From positions 1-64,000 of the forward strand of contig JAIPGM010000003.1 of the NCBI GenBank assembly GCA_021735655.1: DNA of 64,000 nt, in the 5' to 3' direction. Source of the DNA: Candidatus Omnitrophota bacterium (GTDB lineage Bacteria > Omnitrophota > Gorgyraeia > Duberdicusellales > 4484-171). Positions 8,888 through 17,194 of this stretch are shown here, piece by piece (positions within the stretch are counted from its first letter, which is position 1; each line of letters opens with the position of its first letter). Both the position numbers and the translations under genes were made by a program. The notes beneath the pieces were generated by a model. The model was not told where the DNA came from. It saw only the letters and a program-made list of their open reading frames with translations, and did not search any database.

Positions 8888-9954
8888 TTATTAGCAGAAC
8901 TCCGTTTAGAATATCTTTTTTTGGTGGTGGAACAGATTACCCGGTATGGTACAGGGAAAATGGTGGAGCAGTTATCTCAGCTTCGATAAATAAATATTGT
9001 TATATAACCTGTCGTTACTTGCCGCCATTTTTTGATTATAAATATAGAATAGTTTATTCGCAACGCGAGGCTGTAAAAAGCCTTTCCGATATAAAGCATC
9101 CCTCGGTTCGGGAGTGTTTAAATTTTATGAATTTAGGTAAAGGCGTTGAAATACATCATGATGGAGATCTGCCGGCTAGAACCGGTCTTGGTTCGAGTTC
9201 AGCTTTTACGGTAGGCTTGCTAAATGCTTTGTATGCTTTAAAGGGCAAGATGGTAACTAAAAAGCAGTTGGCGCTTGAAGCTATCCATGTTGAGCAAGAA
9301 AGAATTAAAGAGCATGTTGGTTCTCAAGACCAAACTATTGCCGCTTTTGGTGGATTTAACAAGATTACTTTTGCTCGGGATAATAATATTGAGGTTCAAC
9401 CGGTGACTTTACATTTTGAGAAATTAAAACACCTACAAAGACACTTAATGTTATTTTTTACTGGATTCTCTCGTACGGCTTCTGAAATTGCCCAAGAGCA
9501 AATAAATCAAACGCCTAATAGAACAAAGGAATTAGGTAACATGCATGATATGGTTTATGCCGCTATGGATATTTTAAACAGCAATCACGAAGATTTTAGT
9601 GATTTTGGTAAATTACTTAATGAAAGCTGGAAGATAAAAAGAAGCTTAACTTCTAAAATTTCAACGCCATTGATTGACCAGATTTATGAAACTGCTATGT
9701 GGGCCGGGGCAAAGGGTGGAAAAATTCTAGGGGCCGGCGGCGGCGGATTTATTTTATTTTTTGTTAATCCAGAATTTCAGCAAAAAGTAAGGCTAGCCCT
9801 TAAGAATCTTCTTTATGTTCCTTTTCGTTTTGATACCTTGGGTAGTCAAATAGTTTATTATGCTCCGGATCATCAATCTTGGTCAGATTCGAGTAAAGAT
9901 ATTTTAGCGGCTGAAGAAATTATTAGCAATGAGTCAACAGTAATTGAGAAATGA
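8884..9954 (+). CDS. GHMP-family sugar kinase (D,D-heptose 7-phosphate kinase HddA-like)
   Basis: RTPFRISFFGGGTDYP N-terminus and PARTGLGSSSA GHMP motif. Confidence 0.7.
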   Translation: MIISRTPFRISFFGGGTDYPVWYRENGGAVISASINKYCYITCRYLPPFFDYKYRIVYSQREAVKSLSDIKHPSVRECLNFMNLGKGVEIHHDGDLPARTGLGSSSAFTVGLLNALYALKGKMVTKKQLALEAIHVEQERIKEHVGSQDQTIAAFGGFNKITFARDNNIEVQPVTLHFEKLKHLQRHLMLFFTGFSRTASEIAQEQINQTPNRTKELGNMHDMVYAAMDILNSNHEDFSDFGKLLNESWKIKRSLTSKISTPLIDQIYETAMWAGAKGGKILGAGGGGFILFFVNPEFQQKVRLALKNLLYVPFRFDTLGSQIVYYAPDHQSWSDSSKDILAAEEIISNESTVIEK

Positions 9955-10658
9955 ATATTTTAAAATCTATAGATGTGGTTGTTCTTTGTGGTGGAAAAGG
10001 TGAGAGGTTACAATCAGTTTTAGGAGAAAAACCCAAAGTTTTAGTTGAAGTTTCTGGAAGGCCTTTCTTATCTATTCTAATTGACAATTTTAGGAAATTT
10101 GGTTTTAACCGTTTCATTTTAAGTGTGGGCTATAGACGGGATAAGATTATCGATTATTTTAAAGATAGAGCGGATATCTTTTTTTCTCAAGAGGAAATTG
10201 CTTTAGGAACCGGTGGCGGCTTAAAGAAAGCCGAAAGTTTAGTCAAAAGTAGTAGTTTTTTAGTTGTCAACGGCGACTCTTTCTGTGATTTAGATTTTAA
10301 TCGATTGTTTAGTTTTCACAGGGAAAAAAGAGCTATTTTAACTATGGCTTTGGTTAGAACCACAAAAGTTAAGGATTATGGAACTGTTACTATCGACAGC
10401 ACAGGAAAGATAAAAAGCTTTCAAGAAAAAGTGGAGGGGCTTAACTTTTGTTTAGCTAATGCTGGAATATATCTAATGGATAAAGAAATATTCAAGCAGA
10501 TGCCGCAAAAAAAAGTTTTTTCTTTAGAACGCGATTTATTTCCTAAAACAGAAAATAGCTTTGGCTTTGTAACAGAAGCTAAATTATATGATATCGGAAC
10601 GCCAGAGCGGTATGTTCAGGCTAAGGAGTTTTTTAACTGTAAAGGGGCCATGTCGTGA
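9951..10658 (+). CDS. sugar-1-phosphate nucleotidyltransferase (HddC-like)
   Basis: VVLCGGKGERL G-x-G-x-R motif. 235 aa, single-domain NTP transferase. Confidence 0.7.
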   Translation: MNILKSIDVVVLCGGKGERLQSVLGEKPKVLVEVSGRPFLSILIDNFRKFGFNRFILSVGYRRDKIIDYFKDRADIFFSQEEIALGTGGGLKKAESLVKSSSFLVVNGDSFCDLDFNRLFSFHREKRAILTMALVRTTKVKDYGTVTIDSTGKIKSFQEKVEGLNFCLANAGIYLMDKEIFKQMPQKKVFSLERDLFPKTENSFGFVTEAKLYDIGTPERYVQAKEFFNCKGAMS

Positions 10659-12100
10659 AAGTAATGTTATTGTTTCCAAAGTGGACTAGTGCTTATGGTT
10701 TATTTTCATATTTTGCTAAGAAGGCATCTCGCTGGCCACCTTTAAATCTAGCTTACATTGCGGCTGTAGCTGAAAATAACGGCCATATGGTAAAAATAGT
10801 TGATGGAGAGGCCGAAGATTTACCAACGGCAAAAATTTTGGAACGTATAAATGAGTTTAAGCCAGATATAATCGGCATGACTGCTACTACACCTTTTTTC
10901 CATGTAGTGGTTAAACTCGCTGAGGCGATTAAAGGGTTTAATAAAAGCATTCCGATAGCTATAGGCGGAGCGCATATAACTATTTTACAAAAGGAAGATT
11001 TTAATCTTTGTTTTGATTATGCCTTTCTTGGTGAAGCCGAAGAATCATGGGCTCAGTTTCTAGATAGATATGGTTCTGGGAAAGATATGTCAGACATAAA
11101 AGGCCTTCTTTATCGTAAAGGTGATGAGGTTGTTTGTACTGGTCTTTCTGAACCAATTAAGAATATTGATTCAATTCCTTATCCAGCGAGGCATTTACTA
11201 AAATTAGATAAATATAATATAGGCACTTTAAAAGGTGTAAAAAATTTTACGACTATTATGACAACTAGAGGTTGCCCGTTTGAATGTATATTTTGTAGCA
11301 CAAAAGTGTTCGGTTCCAGGATTCGTCGAAGGTCTTTGGATTCGGTAATGGATGAGATTAAATCAATAATTTATAATTTTAATATTAAACATTTTACCTT
11401 TTTGGATGACACTCTAACACTTGATAGAAATTATATTTTACAATTATGTAAGCGAATACAGGCCGAAGATTTTTCAATCACTTTTGATGGCAGTACTAGA
11501 GCTAATTTAGTGGATGATGAATTAATTGCTGAAATGGCTAAAGCAGGGCTAATAAGAATTTCTTTTGGTTTAGAATCAGTAGATCCTCGCATAAGAAAGA
11601 TTATTAAAAAAGAAGTGCCGCTTGAAAGTTATCAAAAGGCAAATCAAATAACTAATAAATATGGAATAGAGACGCTTAATTCAGTTATGCTTGGCTTACC
11701 AGGCGAAACAGCCGAAACTGTAGAAAGTACTCTGGGTTACTTACGTAATGCGCGTCATATTCAGCAAGCTAATCTTAGTATAGCCACTCCTTATCCAGGT
11801 ACGGAACTTTATCGGATGGCTAAAGAGGGGCAACACGGGTTACGGTTATTGACTGAAGATTTTTCAAGGTATCGTCGTTATGGATCAGCAGTTATGGAGG
11901 TGAATGAATTGTCGGCTCAAGATCTTATTGATTTACAAAACGACGGATTTCTTAGGATATATTCAGCTCCCTGGCGGATTATTCCAATGGTAAGAAAGAG
12001 TGGTATTTTAGGAGCATTGCTTACTTTTTCCAGACTGGCCAAGAAGATTAAAAGGCAGCTAAGGGTTAAGAAGGCAACAAAAGATAATAACAGCAATTAG
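10655..12100 (+). CDS. B12-binding domain radical SAM protein (second copy)
   Basis: TRGCPFECIFC CxxxCxxC motif after an N-terminal B12-binding-like domain. 481 aa. Confidence 0.75.
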   Translation: MKVMLLFPKWTSAYGLFSYFAKKASRWPPLNLAYIAAVAENNGHMVKIVDGEAEDLPTAKILERINEFKPDIIGMTATTPFFHVVVKLAEAIKGFNKSIPIAIGGAHITILQKEDFNLCFDYAFLGEAEESWAQFLDRYGSGKDMSDIKGLLYRKGDEVVCTGLSEPIKNIDSIPYPARHLLKLDKYNIGTLKGVKNFTTIMTTRGCPFECIFCSTKVFGSRIRRRSLDSVMDEIKSIIYNFNIKHFTFLDDTLTLDRNYILQLCKRIQAEDFSITFDGSTRANLVDDELIAEMAKAGLIRISFGLESVDPRIRKIIKKEVPLESYQKANQITNKYGIETLNSVMLGLPGETAETVESTLGYLRNARHIQQANLSIATPYPGTELYRMAKEGQHGLRLLTEDFSRYRRYGSAVMEVNELSAQDLIDLQNDGFLRIYSAPWRIIPMVRKSGILGALLTFSRLAKKIKRQLRVKKATKDNNSN

Positions 12101-12127
12101 TTGTATACAGAATAAGGGCAGAAAAGT

Positions 12128-13072
12128 ATGTTTTTTATTTCATCATCTTGCACAAGAAAAAGAAAAGTTAACGAGGCAATTCAGGACTTATTAGGTTTTG
12201 GTGTTAAGAATATCGAATTATCTGGCGGTCTTGTTATTTATGATCAATGGGAGGCTGATTTTCGTCTTTTGAGGGATTCGGAAGAACTAAATATTTTGAT
12301 ACATAATTATTTTCCACCGCCAGCACTTAAAAAAGATGCTTTTGTGCTCAATCTCGCTTCAGATAATGAGCAGCTTAAGCAAAAAAGTTTTGAACTTATT
12401 AAGAAGTCATTTAAATTTATAAGTGATTTTGGTATTTCTTTATATAGCGTTCACGGAGGCCATAGTGTTGATATGCTTCCGGAGTTAAAAGATATGCATT
12501 TTATTGTAGATAAGGAGTCTAAAAGAGATAAATTTCAAGCAAGTTTTAATTTTTATGAAAGTCTAGAAAGGATAGTCGCAGAAAGTTTGCCTGATAGTAA
12601 AAAATTAGCGGTTGAGAATCTTTTTCCATTCAGTAAAGAACAGAATTATTGCTTGATGACTTTACCCGAAGAGATAGAGAAATTTTTAAAATATAGTCGA
12701 AAATACAAAAATGTTGGTTTGTTGTTAGATTTGGGCCATTTAAATGTTGCTGGAAAAGCTTTTAATTTTGACCCGGCTAAGTGTGCCGAAAGAATATTAT
12801 CTGAATATTCCGATAAAATTTTTCAATTGCATCTTTCCGACAATGATGGGACCTTTGATTTCCACAAAGTTTGTAGTAGCAATTCTTGGCAGCTCAAATT
12901 AGTCGAAAATTTCTATGAAGTTGTAAAACACGTTCCGATTGTGTTTGAGTGGCATTGCAAGACAAATTCAAACGAGCAGATTAGAGATGGAATTAGCTAT
13001 ATTAAATCTTATTTTGGCCAGACTGCTTTTACTGAGTTAGAGGACAGTAAACATTTAATTTATGAGAACTAA
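12128..13072 (+). CDS. xylose isomerase-like TIM-barrel sugar phosphate isomerase/epimerase
   Basis: VENLFPF, LLLDLGHLNV and LHLSDNDG metal-ligand motifs of the AP_endonuc_2 / xylose-isomerase-like family. Confidence 0.55.
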   Translation: MFFISSSCTRKRKVNEAIQDLLGFGVKNIELSGGLVIYDQWEADFRLLRDSEELNILIHNYFPPPALKKDAFVLNLASDNEQLKQKSFELIKKSFKFISDFGISLYSVHGGHSVDMLPELKDMHFIVDKESKRDKFQASFNFYESLERIVAESLPDSKKLAVENLFPFSKEQNYCLMTLPEEIEKFLKYSRKYKNVGLLLDLGHLNVAGKAFNFDPAKCAERILSEYSDKIFQLHLSDNDGTFDFHKVCSSNSWQLKLVENFYEVVKHVPIVFEWHCKTNSNEQIRDGISYIKSYFGQTAFTELEDSKHLIYEN

Positions 13073-14273
13073 TACAGAAAATACTAAGTTATCTTTTGGT
13101 ACGATGTCAGTAACTGCTAAGGCAAAACAGTTAGTTACCGAAGCAATGGATTCAGGAATGCTTTCTCAGGGAAAGTATGTAAGAGAATTTGAAGAAAGGT
13201 TTGCCGATTTGGTTGGCGTAAAGGAAGCGGTTGCCGTGTCAACTGGAACCGAAGCCGATACTTTAGCTTTAGCCGTACTTTATGATTTTGGAGCAAAAAG
13301 AGGCGATGAAGTAATTATTCCGGCATTGTCATTCGTTGCAACTGGAAATGCAGTGTTACATGCTGGCTTTAAGCCAGTTTTTGTAGATATTCAAAGAGAA
13401 ACTTTAAATATTAACCCTGATGAAATAGAGGCAGCAATTACCAAAAAAACAAAGGCTATTATGCCGGTACATTTAATGGGTAAACCGGCTGAAATGGATA
13501 GAATAATTGAAATAGCTAAGAAGCATAATTTGTGCGTTGTTGAAGATGCCGCTGAGGCTCATGGCGCAGTATATAAAGGTAAGAATATTGGAGCTTGGGG
13601 TGATATGGCTGCCTATAGTCTTTATGCCGCCCATATTATTTCTACAATTGAGGGCGGCATTGTTGTTACTGATCGTAAAGATTTTGCTGAGGTTTTAAGA
13701 TCTTTGCGTTCACACGGACGATTTTGTAAATGTAAGCAATGTGTATTAAATGTCGGTAAGGGCGAATGCCTAAAGCGTTTCAAAGGCAATAAAGATCAAA
13801 GATTTGATTTTGAACGCATCGGTTATTCTTCAAAGATGAATGAACTCGAAGCAGCAGTCGGATTAGGAAATCTTGATATTTATCAAGATATCTTTAAGAA
13901 ACGCAGAGAAAACCTTATCTATTTAATTGGGCAATTTTCTAGATTCGCACCTTATCTTTTTACGATAAACGAAGAAGATCATGAAACTGTTGGCCCGCAC
14001 GCATTTCCAGTTATTGTTGGGGAAGATACAGGCTTTAGCCGCGATGAATTAGTTTTTTACTTAAAATCAAAGGGTATTGATTCGAGAAATCTTTTTTTAT
14101 CAATGCCAACTCAATGCCGAGGGTTTGAATTTTTAGGTTATAAACTTGGGGAATTTCCTAATGCTGAATATATAGCCGATAATGGTTTTCATATCGGCGT
14201 GCATCAAGGCTTGGGAAGAAGAGAGCTTGAGTATTTCGTAGAAGGGACTAAGCAATTCTTGGATAGACGGTGA
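13062..14273 (+). CDS. DegT/DnrJ/EryC1-fold PMP-dependent sugar 3-dehydrase (E1/DdhC-like), not an aminotransferase
   Basis: DegT fold, but His replaces the Schiff-base Lys (SLYAAHIISTIEGG). A Cys cluster, RSHGRFCKCKQCVLNVGKGECLKRF, parallels the E1 [2Fe-2S] region. Confidence 0.6.
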   Translation: MRTNTENTKLSFGTMSVTAKAKQLVTEAMDSGMLSQGKYVREFEERFADLVGVKEAVAVSTGTEADTLALAVLYDFGAKRGDEVIIPALSFVATGNAVLHAGFKPVFVDIQRETLNINPDEIEAAITKKTKAIMPVHLMGKPAEMDRIIEIAKKHNLCVVEDAAEAHGAVYKGKNIGAWGDMAAYSLYAAHIISTIEGGIVVTDRKDFAEVLRSLRSHGRFCKCKQCVLNVGKGECLKRFKGNKDQRFDFERIGYSSKMNELEAAVGLGNLDIYQDIFKKRRENLIYLIGQFSRFAPYLFTINEEDHETVGPHAFPVIVGEDTGFSRDELVFYLKSKGIDSRNLFLSMPTQCRGFEFLGYKLGEFPNAEYIADNGFHIGVHQGLGRRELEYFVEGTKQFLDRR

Positions 14274-14297
14274 ATGTCGTTAGGGAAATAGATTAGT

Positions 14298-15368
14298 ATG
14301 GTAACACTTGTAATTCCTACAAAAAACCGTTCTGATTTTTTAATCAGAATTTTACGATATTACGCAGACACAAACTATCAGTACACTATTTGTATAGGTG
14401 ATTCTAGTGAACAGTTTCATTTAGATACTACGAAGAAATTTATTGATAGTTTAAATGGTAAATTAAAAATTATGTATTTCGAGTATCCTGGATTAGGTAT
14501 TTCTTTATGCTTTAAAAAATTAATTAATCAAGTTAAAACACCCTACGCAGCTATAGTGTTGGACGATGATTTTATCATTGAGCAATCCCTCAGGAAGTGT
14601 GTTGATTTTTTGGAAAATAATCTTGATTATAGTTCTGCTGGTGGCAGGGCTATAGTTTTTTCTCTTAAAGAACCTGGCGCTCATGGTGAAATTAAAAATG
14701 TAGGCGTTTATTCGCAGAGAAATATTGAGGGAAAAACTGCCAGCCAGAGGCTGGCTGACCATTTAAAAAACTATACAGTTACTCTTTTTTCTGTGCATAG
14801 GATAGAAACATGGCGTCATCTTTGGCAAAATGTAGTTAAGTCTTCCGAGAGAGCATTTATGGAAGAGCTAATACCTTGTTGTCTTTCGGTAATACACGGC
14901 AAGAAAAAAGTTTTTGATGATTTATATTTAGTTCGTCAAGATCATGAGCAGCGTGCTTTCCATATGGATACATATGATTGGGTAACTCATCAGGATTGGT
15001 TTAATTCCTATAATATATTTCATGATTCCTTAGAAGAAGCTTTGGCGTATAAAGATGGCATTAGTAGGGATGAAGCGCATGGGGTTATAAAAGAAGGTTT
15101 TTGGAAATATTTAAATAAGAGTTTTGTCTCGAAATATGATATACGCTATAAAACTAAGATTGAAGGCATTAATCTAAAAAAAATTATAAAACGTAGCCCC
15201 ACAGTTTTTAATATAGCTAATTATATACAATTATTGTTTCGAAGGCACTTAAAAGTTTCAACTTTACTCAATAAAAAATCGCCATATTGTAGTAATTTTG
15301 CAGCAGTGTATCGTGCGGTTACAGAAAAGCCTCTTTTTGGAAATAAGGTTTATTGCAATATTGATTAG
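14298..15368 (+). CDS. putative glycosyltransferase (GT-A/GT2-like)
   Basis: VTLVIPTKNRSDFL N-terminus and a DDD-like acidic motif (IVLDDDF). Confidence 0.4.
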   Translation: MVTLVIPTKNRSDFLIRILRYYADTNYQYTICIGDSSEQFHLDTTKKFIDSLNGKLKIMYFEYPGLGISLCFKKLINQVKTPYAAIVLDDDFIIEQSLRKCVDFLENNLDYSSAGGRAIVFSLKEPGAHGEIKNVGVYSQRNIEGKTASQRLADHLKNYTVTLFSVHRIETWRHLWQNVVKSSERAFMEELIPCCLSVIHGKKKVFDDLYLVRQDHEQRAFHMDTYDWVTHQDWFNSYNIFHDSLEEALAYKDGISRDEAHGVIKEGFWKYLNKSFVSKYDIRYKTKIEGINLKKIIKRSPTVFNIANYIQLLFRRHLKVSTLLNKKSPYCSNFAAVYRAVTEKPLFGNKVYCNID

Positions 15369-15388
15369 AATAGCACTATTACCCAAAG

Positions 15389-17194
15389 ATGAAACACTTT
15401 AAGAATATTTTATTAAAAAATAAGGCTCTTGTAGTTGTTATTTTTATTTCTGGAATAATTGCTTCTTTCATGGAGGGATTAGGCTTAGGTTTAATTTTGC
15501 CTCTTTTAGAGGGGGTTAAGGGTAAGATGGCTTCGGGGGTTCCTTTTCCTTTCAGTATTATTTCAAATTTTTTTAGCACAATGGCTCTTGGAGAGAGAAT
15601 AAGATTAGTCGCATTTTTTTTAGTTATTATCACCCTCTTCAAGGGGGCAGCTTTTTACCTTAATACTTTATCAGTAACTCGTCTTCAGGTAGCGGCAATT
15701 AAGTATTATCGAATGAAGTGTTACGATCAGTTAATGAAGTTGGGCATGAGTTATCTTAATGGACAAAAAATGGGTCATTTGCAAACTATTGTTATTACTC
15801 ATACTGAGAGATTAGGTTCGTTAGTCAACATAGTTGCTAGTCTTGTTTTTAGAAGCTGTACTTTAATAATGCTTATGGTGATGTTGTTTATTTTATCTTG
15901 GAAGATGACCATGATTTCTCTTTTTATTGTTGTTTTTGCTTCAGTATTATTGCGCAAGATTGCCCAGCGGGCTGAAAAATCCGGTAAAAGGCTTACGGAG
16001 TCTATTAAAGAACTTAACCGAACAATTTTAGATACTCTTCTAGGGATGAAAATAATCCGTTTCTTTTGCCGTCAAAAAGACATGACTAGAGAGTTTCAGG
16101 CTAAAGTTGAAGATGTGAATAGGAACATGTATGCGCTTGCTAGGGCTCGACGGTCGCTTCAGCCTCTTTTTGAAACTTTAGGAGTAACAAGCTTTGCTTT
16201 AATTCTTTTAATCGGATCGTTTTTATTAATGTCAGAGAACAAGGGATTAGGCCTAGAGGTTGTTTTAACTTTTATTTTAATATTTTTTAGAATTCTTCCT
16301 CCGGCAATGGCTCTTAATGATGCTCGGGTAGGCATTAGAGGAGACTTACCCTATTATCGTCAAGCCCATCAGTTTATAGATAGTCAGGATAAGTCTTATT
16401 TATCCGGCGGGAGCAAAACAATCGAAAGATTATCTAAAAAAATTGAATTTCAAAATTTGGAATTTAGCTATAATCTTAAAGAGCTTATTGTTTTGAAAAA
16501 TTTATCATTTAGTATTCCTAAAGGTGCTAAAGTCGGAATCGTTGGCCATTCAGGATGCGGAAAATCTACAATTGTTGAGTTAATTTTACGTTTTTATGAT
16601 CCGCAAAAGGGAAATATTTTTATTGATGGTTTTGATTTAAAAGATTTGAATTTGAATTCTTGGCGTAGACTCGTGGGTGTTGTTTCTCAGGATACGTTTC
16701 TTTTTCATGACACTATCAGGGCTAATATTATCTTTGCTAAACCGGATTCTACTCAGCAAGAAATAGAATACGCAGCAAGAAAAGCGCATGCTTACGATTT
16801 CATTCAAAATTTACCTAAACGCTACGATACTCTAGTTGGTGAAAGAGGGGTGCTGCTGTCGGGTGGTCAAAGGCAAAGAATTGCTATTGCCCGGGCTATC
16901 ATCATGGATCCTGATATACTTATTTTTGACGAAGCAACTTCTAGCTTGGATACAGAGTCGGAAGGGATAGTCCAAAAGGCGCTTGATGAGGTTGGAGAGG
17001 GTAAGACAGTGATTACCATTGCTCATCGTCTTTCTACTATTTATGATTCGGATATAATTTTAGTTTTTGATTCTGGAGAAATAGTCCAACAAGGAACACA
17101 CCGAGAGCTAATTAAGCAGGGAGGCCTTTATGGCAAGTTAGTTAAGATGCAAACTATGGATGATTTAGAGCCTAAAAATATTTTTATAAGATGA
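15389..17194 (+). CDS. ABC transporter permease/ATPase, MsbA/PglK-like exporter
   Basis: N-terminal TM domain. Walker A GHSGCGKST, signature LSGGQRQRIAIARA, Walker B ILIFDEATSSLD. Confidence 0.85.
   Translation: MKHFKNILLKNKALVVVIFISGIIASFMEGLGLGLILPLLEGVKGKMASGVPFPFSIISNFFSTMALGERIRLVAFFLVIITLFKGAAFYLNTLSVTRLQVAAIKYYRMKCYDQLMKLGMSYLNGQKMGHLQTIVITHTERLGSLVNIVASLVFRSCTLIMLMVMLFILSWKMTMISLFIVVFASVLLRKIAQRAEKSGKRLTESIKELNRTILDTLLGMKIIRFFCRQKDMTREFQAKVEDVNRNMYALARARRSLQPLFETLGVTSFALILLIGSFLLMSENKGLGLEVVLTFILIFFRILPPAMALNDARVGIRGDLPYYRQAHQFIDSQDKSYLSGGSKTIERLSKKIEFQNLEFSYNLKELIVLKNLSFSIPKGAKVGIVGHSGCGKSTIVELILRFYDPQKGNIFIDGFDLKDLNLNSWRRLVGVVSQDTFLFHDTIRANIIFAKPDSTQQEIEYAARKAHAYDFIQNLPKRYDTLVGERGVLLSGGQRQRIAIARAIIMDPDILIFDEATSSLDTESEGIVQKALDEVGEGKTVITIAHRLSTIYDSDIILVFDSGEIVQQGTHRELIKQGGLYGKLVKMQTMDDLEPKNIFIR

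Noticed and set aside
9721-9745. A GGC-rich microrepeat (ggggccggcggcggcgga) that resembles an SSR
   Set aside because: It encodes the glycine-rich GAGGGG loop of the GHMP kinase, a functional motif rather than a repeat element. It is too short to count as a contingency tract.
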